Source of the DNA: Planctomycetota bacterium
Lineage (GTDB): Bacteria; Planctomycetota; Planctomycetia; Isosphaerales; Isosphaeraceae
Assembly: GCA_021791715.1 (NCBI GenBank)
Contig: JAJYWB010000009.1
Span: 41,272-105,271 of the forward strand
Length of the DNA: 64,000 nucleotides
Direction of reading: 5' to 3'
Shown here: positions 27,652 to 37,342 of the stretch, piece after piece
How positions within the stretch are numbered: position 1 is the stretch's first letter
Layout of the letters: each line of letters opens with the position of its first letter
The notes under the pieces: model-generated
What the model saw: only the letters and a program-made list of their open reading frames with translations
Told to the model about the DNA's origin: nothing
Databases searched by the model: none
Made by a program: the position numbers and the translations under genes

Positions 27652-28932
27652 ATGATGAATCCGCCTCTCGAGGTCGTTCGAGCTCGGTCGCGCGTGTTGA
27701 AGGCTTCGGCGCCGACGTGTAAGCTCGGCTTTTTGGCGAAGTTGTCTCTTTTCGCGTCTGGGGAAGGGCGAATCTTGAGCGATCCGATGCGTCGAACATC
27801 ATTCACCGCGGCGCCGGCGTTGATCGCTTTCGCCTTCGTCTTTTGCGGGCTCGTCGTCGCCCGACCGGCTTACGCTCAACCCGCCGAAACGAAACAAGGC
27901 GCCAAGATCTCGGCCGAGCGCGAAGCCGACGACTCCTCCCAAGAACCCGCCGCGGGCGCCCCTAAATCGTTCCTCGAATGGATGGCCAAGGCTTCGGGAC
28001 CGATTGGAATCGTTATTTTATTACTATCTTTTTATTTGATTGCGCTCGTCGGCTGGATGTTTTTGGAATACCGCCGCGCGGTGGCGATTCCCGACTTGCT
28101 GACGCGCGAACTCGCCGAATTGCTGGCGCAAAAGCGATTCAACGACGCTTTCCAGCGACTCGCGGGGGATCGATCGTTTTTATCTCGAGCCGTCGCCGCG
28201 GGCGCCCGCAAGCTCGATCGCGGCCGCGACGAGGCGATCCGAGCGATCGAACTCGTCGTCGACGACGTCACCATGGAAATGGAACACCGATCCACATATC
28301 TGGCCACCGTCGGAACGCTCGGCCCGATGATCGGACTTGTGGGAACGGTTTACGGTATGATTATGAGCTTTCGCGAGATGGCGGTCGAGGGGGTTTCGCC
28401 CCAGGCGAGCAGGCTCGCCGAGGGAATCTCGACGGCGCTCTTCGCCACGCTTGAAGGGATCGCGATATCAATACCTGCAATTTATTTTCATGCGTTTTTC
28501 CGTAATCGGATCGCTCGGCTTTCGCTCGAGGTCGCGATCGTCGCCGAGGCGATGCTCGATCAGTTCGCGGTCGGAAGCCGTCCGGGACGCGCCGCGGCGC
28601 TCATCTCCCATGCGTTTCAGAGCACGACGCGAAACTCGAGGCCGCCGATTCCCCCGCCCCCCACGCTCTCGGTCCATGTCCAATCGTCGAATGAAGACGA
28701 CTCGGGCGATTCCGATCCCCCGGCGATCGACGGCCCAAGAATCGACATGTCCGCCGCGATCGACGATCTTCGCATCGAAAACGGAGACGATCGCCGCGAC
28801 GATCCAAACGACGACGAAGGCCGAAACGTTCCCCGTGATCCGGCAAATCGTGTCGATACGACGATCGAAAACGGCCCCGCGAATCCGGGCGATTCGGCGT
28901 CCGAATCCGCCGAGAATTCCGCAGAACGTTGA
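27652..28932 (+). CDS. MotA/TolQ/ExbB proton-channel family protein with long N- and C-terminal extensions
   Basis: Core 'TYLATVGTLGPMIGLVGTVYGMIMSF...GISTALFATLEGIAISIPAIYFHAFFRNRIARL'. Signal/TM N-terminus. Acidic ~130-aa C-terminal tail. Confidence 0.8.
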   Translation: MMNPPLEVVRARSRVLKASAPTCKLGFLAKLSLFASGEGRILSDPMRRTSFTAAPALIAFAFVFCGLVVARPAYAQPAETKQGAKISAEREADDSSQEPAAGAPKSFLEWMAKASGPIGIVILLLSFYLIALVGWMFLEYRRAVAIPDLLTRELAELLAQKRFNDAFQRLAGDRSFLSRAVAAGARKLDRGRDEAIRAIELVVDDVTMEMEHRSTYLATVGTLGPMIGLVGTVYGMIMSFREMAVEGVSPQASRLAEGISTALFATLEGIAISIPAIYFHAFFRNRIARLSLEVAIVAEAMLDQFAVGSRPGRAAALISHAFQSTTRNSRPPIPPPPTLSVHVQSSNEDDSGDSDPPAIDGPRIDMSAAIDDLRIENGDDRRDDPNDDEGRNVPRDPANRVDTTIENGPANPGDSASESAENSAER

Positions 28933-29003
28933 GCTCGAACGGCAAAAACTCCGAACGCGAAAGACTTTTCAAATAAAATGGCGATTACTAAAGGTTTATC
29001 GTT

Positions 29004-29477
29004 ATGCCTCGTTATTCAAGATATCGTTTAAAAAGCGATCAGACGCTCGAACTGAATTTGACTCCGCTGCTCGACGTTGTTTTACAATTGATTACTTTTT
29101 TTATGATGCTCGTCCATTTCGGGACGAAACTCGAAGGCGCGACGAAAACCGCGCGGCTGCCGATCGCCGCGGCGGGGACGCCGAAAAGCGATCTCGGACT
29201 CGATCGGCTCGTCGTCGTGATCGACGCTCGCGGCGGAATCGTCTCGGGCGATCAATCGCTCTCCGATCGCGCCTCCGAGGCCTGGTGGAACGAGCGGGCC
29301 GAAAAACGCCGCCGCGGCGCCGAGCTGATCGGAGCAGCGAGCCGCGATCTCCCCACCCGCGTCATCGTCCGCGCCGATCGCGACGCTCCCTACGGCGAGG
29401 TGCGCAGACGATTGGCCGAGGCGAGACGAGCCGGATTCGCCAAATTCACCCTCGTCGTTCTACGGAGTCGAAAATAA
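29004..29477 (+). CDS. ExbD/TolR biopolymer transport protein
   Basis: 'LNLTPLLDVVLQLITFFMM' N-terminal TM signature. Periplasmic domain 'VIVRADRDAPYGEVRRRLAEARRAGFAKFTLVV'. Confidence 0.8.
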   Translation: MPRYSRYRLKSDQTLELNLTPLLDVVLQLITFFMMLVHFGTKLEGATKTARLPIAAAGTPKSDLGLDRLVVVIDARGGIVSGDQSLSDRASEAWWNERAEKRRRGAELIGAASRDLPTRVIVRADRDAPYGEVRRRLAEARRAGFAKFTLVVLRSRK

Positions 29478-30005
29478 ATGAATTCACGCATACGAACACG
29501 ATCGAGACGATCGAAAACCGAGCAATCCAAGGTTCTCTTCCCCGTCACCCCCATGCTTGATATGGCTTTTCAATTGTTGGCTTTCTTCATCCTTTCGTTT
29601 CAGGCGCCGACGCGCGAGTCGAGAATCGATTTATACCTCCCCGCCGAACCTCAGGCCGTCCTTCAAAGCGACTCGGCGAAAGCGACCGCGGCCGATACCG
29701 AGCGAGGAACGAACGACCTCGAAATCGATCTCGAAACCGAACTCGTCGTCCACGCCCGCGCCGACGATCTGGGGGATCTCAAAACCCTCATGCTCGGCGA
29801 TGTGACTCTTGATAATGTTGATGTGTTAAGCACACGATTGAGTCGATACCGCGAGGTCGTACGCGATAAACCCCTCAGAATCGTGCTTTACGCCGACGAT
29901 TCGCTCCGCTACCAAGCCGCCGCGCAAATCATGGGGGCGTGTTCGAGGGCTCGCGTCGAAACGATCCGCCTCGCCGACGCTCAAGCACAAGGAAACGATC
30001 GGTGA
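29478..30005 (+). CDS. ExbD/TolR biopolymer transport protein (second copy)
   Basis: 'FPVTPMLDMAFQLLAFFILSF'; 'LRIVLYADDSLRYQAAAQIMGACSRARVETIRL'. Start immediately follows the upstream stop. Confidence 0.75.
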   Translation: MNSRIRTRSRRSKTEQSKVLFPVTPMLDMAFQLLAFFILSFQAPTRESRIDLYLPAEPQAVLQSDSAKATAADTERGTNDLEIDLETELVVHARADDLGDLKTLMLGDVTLDNVDVLSTRLSRYREVVRDKPLRIVLYADDSLRYQAAAQIMGACSRARVETIRLADAQAQGNDR

Positions 30006-30703
30006 ATCTTTCACTCATCAATTTAATTATTTTTTTAATTGCTTTTGATTCGAAATCGGTTTCCAATCGAAACGATCGACCGATCGCGATCGAACCGCGA
30101 GCCGATTCTTCGACCGAAAAAGACGACCGCCGCGGGTCTCAGCTGACGATCGCCGATCTCGACGCGTACCTCGGAGCGTTGCGAGGCGATACCAATACCG
30201 AACCGGCGGAACGCGTTTCGTTCCGCGATCTCTGGAATCGACCCGACGATTATCAAGGTAAGCGCGTCGAAATCGAGGCGAGTATCGAACAAATATTTGA
30301 ACAAAAAGCGGTCGGCGCCTTTCCTGTTTTGATCGAGATCTGGGGATTCTCGCGCGTCGGCGATCCGTTCTGTCTCGTTTATCCGCGCGCGAACGAGAGT
30401 CGTCGATTCGAGCGCGGAACGAGGGTTCGATTCCGCGGGGTTTTCCTCAAACTCCTCGAATACAAAGCCCGCGACGCAGATCGGATCGCGCCTTTGATCG
30501 TCGGCGCCGAGCCCCCGACGACAGTCGGAAACGACGCCTCGCGAAACCTTCGATCGACCCGCCTCGATAAAAAACGCCTCGATCGCGCCTTCACGGCGAT
30601 CGCAATCGTATTTACAATCTTATTTATATTGATTCAAATGCGCGGAAGAACGAAACGTATTCCCTTATCGGAGAACGACGATCCGCCGCGATTCGTCGGC
30701 TGA
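30002..30703 (+). CDS. hypothetical membrane-anchored protein (ExbBD-operon member)
   Basis: GTG at 30002 overlaps the upstream TGA. N-terminal TM 'LSLINLIIFLIAF'. C-terminal TM 'AFTAIAIVFTILFILI'. No recognisable TonB C-terminal motif. Confidence 0.4.
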   Translation: MNLSLINLIIFLIAFDSKSVSNRNDRPIAIEPRADSSTEKDDRRGSQLTIADLDAYLGALRGDTNTEPAERVSFRDLWNRPDDYQGKRVEIEASIEQIFEQKAVGAFPVLIEIWGFSRVGDPFCLVYPRANESRRFERGTRVRFRGVFLKLLEYKARDADRIAPLIVGAEPPTTVGNDASRNLRSTRLDKKRLDRAFTAIAIVFTILFILIQMRGRTKRIPLSENDDPPRFVG

Positions 30704-30818
30704 ACGACAATTTATGCTTTACACATTATGTTTGTATTTAAAAACAAAAGCGCCGCGTCGCCGCGAGGAGACGCGAACGCTTCGAGTATTTAACCGCTTT
30801 GATTCATCGCCGATTCGT

Positions 30819-33182
30819 TTACGGACCGCGATACGCGTCGAAGAGCGTCTCGGCGTCGGCGTTATCCGCGGGCTCGACCGTCCGATAACCGGAAAAGCCG
30901 GGAGCGGGCTCGGAAGCTGCCGAGGGGGGCTCGACGACCGCCTGCGCGACGACCGTCGGCGGTGCGATCGTCGCGGGAGCGACCGCGATCTCACGCGTCG
31001 AGGGGTCGAGGTCCGCGGGTTCGATCGTGAAATCGGCGCTTCCGTTCTTCTCCGACCCCTGACGAATCATCCGATCGGCGAACTCTTTAAGGCTCGCCGC
31101 GGCCGCCTGATTCTCGGCGAGATGGAACCCCGATTTTTCGGCGACGAGCAGGCTTACAAGCGTTCCCAGCATGCCCGAAACCGCCGACGCCTGGTGATCG
31201 CCGTCGCCGTTCGCGCCTCCCGACCCTCCCGCCAAAAACACCTGGCGCGGAACGAGCGGCTGGGCGCTCTTCGACAAATGTTCGGCCGTTTGCGCCAAAG
31301 CGAACAGCCGAGGATCCCCCATCGATTGGATCTTCCGCAGCATCACCGAAGCCTCGGACATCCCCACCTGGAGAATTCGCGACCCTTCACCCTTGCCCGC
31401 GAGCATCCGTTGCCGACTCTCGGCCTCCGCCGTGACGATCGTCTTCTCGGCCTCCTTGCGGGCGAACGCGAGCGAGGCGTCTCCTTTGTTCTCCGCAATC
31501 TGAATTTGAACATGCGAGTTCGTAAGCTGGGTTTGCATCGCGGCGAGAGCCTGCGCGTCGTTCAACGACTTGAGCTTTTCGGAAGCGGCTCGCTGACGTT
31601 CATACGTTTCGATTTGTTCAATCGAAAGTTGCCGCAGCCGAAGTTGCTCGAGCAGCGTCTCGATCTTATCGCCCGCCCCCGCGGTATCGGGCTTGCCGAT
31701 CAAAACGTCGACGCATTCGATGTCGAAATCGTGGAACTTGCGGCAAAGCTCGTCGCGCGATTCGTGCTGGATGCTGTCGCGTTCATGAAGCAACTGAAGC
31801 ATCGTCTTCTTATGCGCGACGTCGCGGAAATACGCGCTCAACATCGGGTCGAGCGTCTGCGTGATCAGCTTCTTCACATCGCCGAACCGCTGAATCACGC
31901 TCGGCGCCTTCTGGTAATCGATGTGAACGACGACCGAAAGCGGCAACGACGGCTCATATGCGTCGAACGTAACAAGATCGATCGATTTCAAACTCTCGTC
32001 GTATCGATGCGATTCGGATCGTCCCGTCACCCAGTGCAAAACGAAGTTCGTGGTCGGCACCAAGATAATATTACCCGCATATGTATTAAACGGATACTTG
32101 CCGGGACCGAGAGGACGTTCCCACACGCCCCGCTCCCCCTCGGCCACGCGTTCGCCGTGGCGGAAGGCGTCGCCCGAAAGATCATGACCCGTTTGCCCGT
32201 AATAACTGATCACGACTCCCACATAACCGATCGGCACGACCGTTTTGGGAATGATCTCGATCGTCGCGAACCATCTGTTGATGAAATACGTGCCGTCGGT
32301 GAGCGGTACGTATTGCCGACCGCGACGGCCGCCGGCTCGCAGAAACGCCTCGGGATCCTGGAAATTGTTGTGATAATTCTTGTCGGCGCGATCGATCCCC
32401 ACCGCGGGAGCGATGATTTCACCCGGGCCGAGCGAGGGACCGTCGTGCACCGTCACGATCCCGATCGAATCGACGCTCAGCTCTTTGCCCGGATTGAGCT
32501 GATCGGGCGCCGAAACGGGCGCGCCGATCACGACGGGCGAAAATCCGTCGATCTCACGCAGTTTTTTCTGCCACGCGACAATCGTCTCAAGCTCTTTTTG
32601 CCCCTGAAAATTGAGCCGATAAACCGAATCTTCAGAAATCACCACGAAGAGCGCCGGATTAATCGCATAAACGCCTTCACGCAAAATCATCCGTTGACGT
32701 CCGCGCCGGCCGAGCGCCGGCTCGCTTTCGCCCGCTCCGGCTCGACCGATCAAAAATGTACGCGCGTCTTGAAAGTTGTTGCAATCGACCCGTCCGCCGA
32801 GCGTCTGACTCGGCTCCAACGGCTCGCCGTCGCGTGCATAAACGTAACCGATCTTCCCCTGTGCAATCGTAACAAGTGACACTTTATGGATCCGATATTG
32901 CCAGACCCAATAGTTGAAATGGACGCCTCCGCGGAGGACGTCGACCTGAAAACCCGCCTCTCCGGCGAGCGCCAGAATCCTTCCCTCGGGTACCGAACCC
33001 TTCGACGACCAAAGCTTCTCGACGATCCCCACGCGATTGTTCGGGATATATCGCATTCCCGATACGATCGCCGCGGCGATCATCAAGAGAGCCAAATAAA
33101 ACAAAAAGTAAACGAGCCCCTCGAACGTCACCGCGGCAAAAAGCGGCGTCGCCGAGTTGAAACTCACGAGCGGCGTTCCCAT
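30819..33182 (-). CDS. SPFH/band-7 family protein, flotillin-like with two SPFH domains and long coiled-coil/low-complexity C-terminus
   Basis: N-terminal TM FLFYLALLMIAAAIV. Two SPFH-like segments (GIVEKLWSS... and TYFINRWFATIEIIPKT...). Flotillin-like coiled coil 'LEQLRLRQLSIEQIETYERQRAASEKL...AEAESRQRMLAGKGE'. Confidence 0.75.
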   Translation of the reverse strand: MGTPLVSFNSATPLFAAVTFEGLVYFLFYLALLMIAAAIVSGMRYIPNNRVGIVEKLWSSKGSVPEGRILALAGEAGFQVDVLRGGVHFNYWVWQYRIHKVSLVTIAQGKIGYVYARDGEPLEPSQTLGGRVDCNNFQDARTFLIGRAGAGESEPALGRRGRQRMILREGVYAINPALFVVISEDSVYRLNFQGQKELETIVAWQKKLREIDGFSPVVIGAPVSAPDQLNPGKELSVDSIGIVTVHDGPSLGPGEIIAPAVGIDRADKNYHNNFQDPEAFLRAGGRRGRQYVPLTDGTYFINRWFATIEIIPKTVVPIGYVGVVISYYGQTGHDLSGDAFRHGERVAEGERGVWERPLGPGKYPFNTYAGNIILVPTTNFVLHWVTGRSESHRYDESLKSIDLVTFDAYEPSLPLSVVVHIDYQKAPSVIQRFGDVKKLITQTLDPMLSAYFRDVAHKKTMLQLLHERDSIQHESRDELCRKFHDFDIECVDVLIGKPDTAGAGDKIETLLEQLRLRQLSIEQIETYERQRAASEKLKSLNDAQALAAMQTQLTNSHVQIQIAENKGDASLAFARKEAEKTIVTAEAESRQRMLAGKGEGSRILQVGMSEASVMLRKIQSMGDPRLFALAQTAEHLSKSAQPLVPRQVFLAGGSGGANGDGDHQASAVSGMLGTLVSLLVAEKSGFHLAENQAAAASLKEFADRMIRQGSEKNGSADFTIEPADLDPSTREIAVAPATIAPPTVVAQAVVEPPSAASEPAPGFSGYRTVEPADNADAETLFDAYRGP

Positions 33183-33271
33183 CGGAACCCCCGATATGCG
33201 GTGGACGAAGCCCGACTCAAGAACAAACTCGCGTCCGGTTCATCCTTGAGAGTGTCTTTCGCTTCCCGGGA

Positions 33272-33853
33272 TCAATTATTCGATCGATCGCCGCCGCCGA
33301 TCGCGGACGATCCCCCTCCCTCGTTTAACGACGCCGATTCGCTCGAATCACCCCCGGAGGCCTCGAACCGAAAATCACAGTGCGAAGCACCCTCCATTAT
33401 GGTTTGCGTGCGTGCCAGCTTGATGTTGGAATTGAATCCTTCGACAAGCGAAAAATCGCGTCGGCAAGAGAGAGTCGATCCCAGATCGCCGAGGCCGAGC
33501 GCATGATACATCTCGGCGTAGCGGCAGCGGATGACGTTGAACGCGAGTCGGTTCTCGGTCGATTCGAGCGTCTCGATTTCGAGAGCGTTTCCCTCGGTCC
33601 AGCGATCGAGGCAAGACGCGAACGCTTGAAGACTCGCCTCGGCGACCGAACGAGCGAGTTCGCCTCCCGCTCGTCGCGCCAGCGAATCGATCACCCCCCG
33701 GACGATCGCGACCGCGCGCTCCTCGCCGATTTCGGCGGCGAACGCGCGAACGAGCGGCGCCGTGATCTCGGCCTCGATCTTACGCCGTTCCAATAAAGTA
33801 ATCGGCGATCGTTTACTAGATTCGGAATCGTCATCGCATTTTGGATTTAACAT
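33272..33853 (-). CDS. L-2-amino-thiazoline-4-carboxylic acid hydrolase (ATC hydrolase)-like family protein
   Basis: ~190 aa with C-terminal 'TQTIMEGASHCDFRFE' matching the family's conserved Cys-containing block. Confidence 0.55.
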   Translation of the reverse strand: MLNPKCDDDSESSKRSPITLLERRKIEAEITAPLVRAFAAEIGEERAVAIVRGVIDSLARRAGGELARSVAEASLQAFASCLDRWTEGNALEIETLESTENRLAFNVIRCRYAEMYHALGLGDLGSTLSCRRDFSLVEGFNSNIKLARTQTIMEGASHCDFRFEASGGDSSESASLNEGGGSSAIGGGDRSNN

Positions 33854-33898
33854 AAGATTTACCCTTAAGCAAAAGTCGACTTTATGGGTCTCATGAAT

Positions 33899-34651
33899 TT
33901 ACAACACGACTCTTTTAAATCGTGTTCGTTCGTCGTCGTTATCGAGCGCGATTCGACTCGCCCGCGCGAGCTTGACGACGCGGTCGAGTTCGATCTCGCG
34001 AATGCGATCGCCGCCTCGGCACGCCGCGCCTCGCACCGCGAAAAGATCGGGGCGAAGCGAGGCGAGCCCGCCGATCGCTCGATCGTCGAGCCCTCCCGCG
34101 AGAGCGATGAAGCGCCCGCTCGATCGTATCGCGTCGATCGTAGGTTTCCAAGAAATGTCGATCGCCGTTCCGTCGCGAACGCCCTTCGCCCACGTATCGA
34201 ACAAAACCCCCACGCATTCGTCGAGCGCGATCGCCTCGGCGACGATCTCGTCGGGGTGGGGAGATTCCGCTCGCTCGTGATCGACATAAATCGCCGCGAC
34301 CCAGCGTCGACCCGCCGAAACCGCTTTGCGAACCTCGCGCCACCGCGTTCGCCAATCGGAACCGGTTCTTGCAAATCCTATTTTTATATAATTGATATTA
34401 TAAAGAGATCGTTTGATTTCTGCGAGATCGATTCGGTCGTTCCAATCGGCGATTTCGCCGAGCGCAACGCTCATCGGTATCGCCGCGGGGACGGCGCGTC
34501 TCGTTTCGCGCCAAACCGCGGCGTCTGCGCGCCCGAGCGGCCCGCGAAGCGGCTCCTTAAGGTCGACGACCGAAGCGCCGCCGAGAACCGCGACGACCCC
34601 CTCCGAGGCCGACCGAACGCTCACGAGCAAACCCGACGGGGTTCTATCCAT
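33899..34651 (-). CDS. (5-formylfuran-3-yl)methyl phosphate synthase MfnB-like (DUF556)
   Basis: 'LLVSVRSASEGVVAVLGGASVVDLKEPLRGPLG' aligns with MfnB 'LLVSP..EA..A..GGADIIDVKNP.EGSLG' (Schiff-base Lys conserved). 'YIKIGF' and C-terminal 'FAVRGAACRGGDRIREIELDRVVKL' also align. ATG at 34651 chosen over the upstream TTG. Confidence 0.7.
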   Translation of the reverse strand: MDRTPSGLLVSVRSASEGVVAVLGGASVVDLKEPLRGPLGRADAAVWRETRRAVPAAIPMSVALGEIADWNDRIDLAEIKRSLYNINYIKIGFARTGSDWRTRWREVRKAVSAGRRWVAAIYVDHERAESPHPDEIVAEAIALDECVGVLFDTWAKGVRDGTAIDISWKPTIDAIRSSGRFIALAGGLDDRAIGGLASLRPDLFAVRGAACRGGDRIREIELDRVVKLARASRIALDNDDERTRFKRVVL

Positions 34652-35231
34652 CTCCGTCACATCCCGGACCCGCGGATAAACGACGATCAATCGGTTTTTA
34701 GCGATCAAGCTCGAAGGCGAATCGAGCCGTCTTCTTAACGATTTTCGATTCGATTGTCGCGAATTTCAACGACCGGGTCGAGCGTCGAGATCGGAATAAA
34801 ATATTATGATATTTATATACTATTCTATCGCATATTCTATATATTATGTTTTAGACTCCTCCCGCCTCAAGTTATTAAACGAACAAACATATTTCATTAA
34901 TTTGTAATATTATTAAAATCGAACGATTTCAGCGCCGAAGCCCGCAGGCCGTCAATCAATGAATGCATCCTTTCTTGATTACTATCGTAACCATAATTGT
35001 AATGATAGCGGCGATTTCGAAGTGATTCGTGGAGTTAAAAAAAGCGAGCCGAATCGCCGTAATACGCTATTTTATAACGAGTAAAAAAAAAATCGTCGGA
35101 GCGTCGGTCCTCAGTCACAAACGTTCGCCCGTGCTCGTAGCCTTTTTATCCAGGCATCAAGCTCTATCGTCGCGGTCGGGTCGTCTCGTCAATTCGCTCG
35201 TCCCGCACGATAAGCCCGTCATGACGTCTCT

Positions 35232-35978
35232 ATGAATGAGATGCAACACATGAAAGGATTATTCACCATGTTCCAATTGAAATCGAGGCGACGATCGAGA
35301 AGAACGACGCTCGAGGTATCGAGACTGGAGGATCGCGACCTTTTATCGGCTGCGCCGATCGCGGGACCGGCCGAGTTTTTTTCGTTCCGCTTCGCGCACG
35401 ACCGGTTCCACGGTCCGGTTCACGTGATCGGCAATCTTTACGAATATCGATTTAATAACAAGTTCTCGGGTCGGAATATCCGATTCCAACAGAACGTCTT
35501 CCAGGGGGGTCAAGGATCGGTTTCTTTGGGAGGGACCGACTTCGGTCGCGCCGATCAAAATCCGGGCAATCCCCCCGGACCGCCGCCGGGGCCGGGACAT
35601 GGACCGGGACCTCGACCTCCCGGACCTCCGGGGCCGGGACCGGGAGGACCGGGACCAGGAGGACCGGGACCAGGAGGACCGGGACCAAGAATGGGACTTC
35701 CTCCAGGACCGCCTCCGGGTCCAGGACATGGACCGGGACCAAGGCCGGGCGGCCCCGGACAAGGCCCGCAAGGACCCGGAGCGGGTCAAATCTCAGGACC
35801 GAGCGATCGTTACAGCTATCGCTTCTCGCACGATCGGTTTTACGGCCCTGTTTATATTATCGGAAACCTCTACGAAGATCGTTTCAACAATAACTTCTCG
35901 GGACGACGAATCCGCGTCCAACAGAACCTCTTCCAGGGGGGCCAGGGATCGGTGAACCTGGGCGGAACGTTCTTCTAA
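35232..35978 (+). CDS. secreted protein with an internally duplicated ~60-aa module separated by a poly-Pro/Gly linker
   Basis: Module 1 'FSFRFAHDRFHGPVHVIGNLYEYRFNNKFSGRNIRFQQNVFQGGQGSVSLGGTDF'. Module 2 'YSYRFSHDRFYGPVYIIGNLYEDRFNNNFSGRRIRVQQNLFQGGQGSVNLGGTFF'. Linker PGPPPGPGHGPGPRPPGPPGPGPGGPGPGG... The basic N-terminus 'RRRSRRTTLEVSRLEDRDLLSA' resembles a lineage-specific export signal. Confidence 0.5.
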   Translation: MNEMQHMKGLFTMFQLKSRRRSRRTTLEVSRLEDRDLLSAAPIAGPAEFFSFRFAHDRFHGPVHVIGNLYEYRFNNKFSGRNIRFQQNVFQGGQGSVSLGGTDFGRADQNPGNPPGPPPGPGHGPGPRPPGPPGPGPGGPGPGGPGPGGPGPRMGLPPGPPPGPGHGPGPRPGGPGQGPQGPGAGQISGPSDRYSYRFSHDRFYGPVYIIGNLYEDRFNNNFSGRRIRVQQNLFQGGQGSVNLGGTFF

Positions 35979-36346
35979 ATCGGGTCGATCGCGACGCTCG
36001 ACATCGAATCGACCGCGCGATATCGACGAAAAAAAATCGACCCGGTCCTCAGGGGACGAGAGCGCCGGGTCTAGCATGATATCTTTATTTGTAAACTCCA
36101 TTATTCGGAACGCTCGACTTGGATGAATAACTATACCCATTTGCATGCAAATCTATTTGTGTTATTTTATTATCTTATATATTTTTTGTTTCGTTTGAGA
36201 GCAAGTATTTTTGGCGCTAACGAGCGCGAGGATCGTCGCCGCCTCGTTCAAATATCACGAAGGGGATGGACGAATCGACGCGATGATCTAGCGGGCAGGA
36301 ATCGATGCGCCGGCCGGCTTTTGATCCGCGATCGAACGTATCGTCC

Positions 36347-37342
36347 TTATGTGAATTCCACGATCGCCTTGATGTAATTCGCGCGTTCGAAACCCGCGGG
36401 ATCGGGAGCGTGAACGCGGCTCATGCTTCCTTTCGCCTGAGCGACCGAACAATACCCTTTTTCTTCAAGCCAGCCGCGAGTTCCTTCAATAAGTTTTCGT
36501 ATATGATCCACACCGTGTTGATAAAGCGCCGAAGCCGTCGTCACGATATCGGCGCCCGCGAGAATCAGCTTGACGACGTCTTCGGCGGCGTGAACCCCCG
36601 AAGTCGCCGCGAGCGAAACGTCGAAATGCGGACGGAGAATCGCGATCCACCGCAACGGCGTACGCAACTCGTCGCGAGTGCTGGGATTAAGCCTGGGAGT
36701 GATCGCGAGCGTCTCGATATCAAGATCGGGCTGGAGGTAACGATTAAACAGCACGAGCCCGTTCGCACCGGCTTGAACAAGCTTGCGAGCCATGTTGGGA
36801 GTCGAGCTGAAATACGGGCCGATCTTCACCGCGAGCGGAATCGAAACGACGTCGCGCACCGCCGCGACAAGATCGACATATCGACGCTCGACATCCTCTC
36901 CGGTCTCGTCGGGATCGGTGGGAACAAAATAAATGTTGAGTTCGAGCGCCGCGGCGCCCGCCTCCTCGATCCTCCGCGCATGCCGAACCCAACCCCCCGG
37001 AGTGCACCCGTTCAAACTCCCGATCAGCGGAATCGAAACCTTGCGCCTGGATTCCTCGATATATTTGAGATACGATTCCAAACCGTCGTTGTATCGCCTC
37101 ATCTCGGGGAAAAAATCGTTCGCCTCCGGAAAGCGATCGGTCGTCGATTCAAACAGATCGGCGAGCGCCGATTCGTCGCGATCGATCTGCTCCTCAAAAA
37201 GCGAAGGCATCACCGCCGCGGCCGCCCCCGCCTGCTCGATCCGTCGCAACGTGTCGGCGTGCGCCACGAGCGGACACGCCGATACGACGACGGGATTCGC
37301 CAGTTCCATCCCCAGGTATTTGGTTTTCATATTAACGCTCAT
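36347..37342 (-). CDS. dihydroorotate dehydrogenase-like (class 1 DHOD/DHPD-like TIM barrel) protein
   Basis: 'LANPVVVSACPL' N-terminal block. 'IPLIGSLNG', 'ELNIYFVP', 'IPLAVKIGP', 'ATSGVHAAEDVVKLILAGADIV' blocks typical of the DHOD/DHPD family. Start overlaps the PFOR stop (ATGA). Confidence 0.7.
   Translation of the reverse strand: MSVNMKTKYLGMELANPVVVSACPLVAHADTLRRIEQAGAAAAVMPSLFEEQIDRDESALADLFESTTDRFPEANDFFPEMRRYNDGLESYLKYIEESRRKVSIPLIGSLNGCTPGGWVRHARRIEEAGAAALELNIYFVPTDPDETGEDVERRYVDLVAAVRDVVSIPLAVKIGPYFSSTPNMARKLVQAGANGLVLFNRYLQPDLDIETLAITPRLNPSTRDELRTPLRWIAILRPHFDVSLAATSGVHAAEDVVKLILAGADIVTTASALYQHGVDHIRKLIEGTRGWLEEKGYCSVAQAKGSMSRVHAPDPAGFERANYIKAIVEFT

Noticed and set aside
30714-32879. 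721-aa + strand ORF antisense to the flotillin gene
   Set aside because: Same reasoning: the minus-strand SPFH/flotillin frame is supported by family blocks, and the antisense translation is low-complexity.
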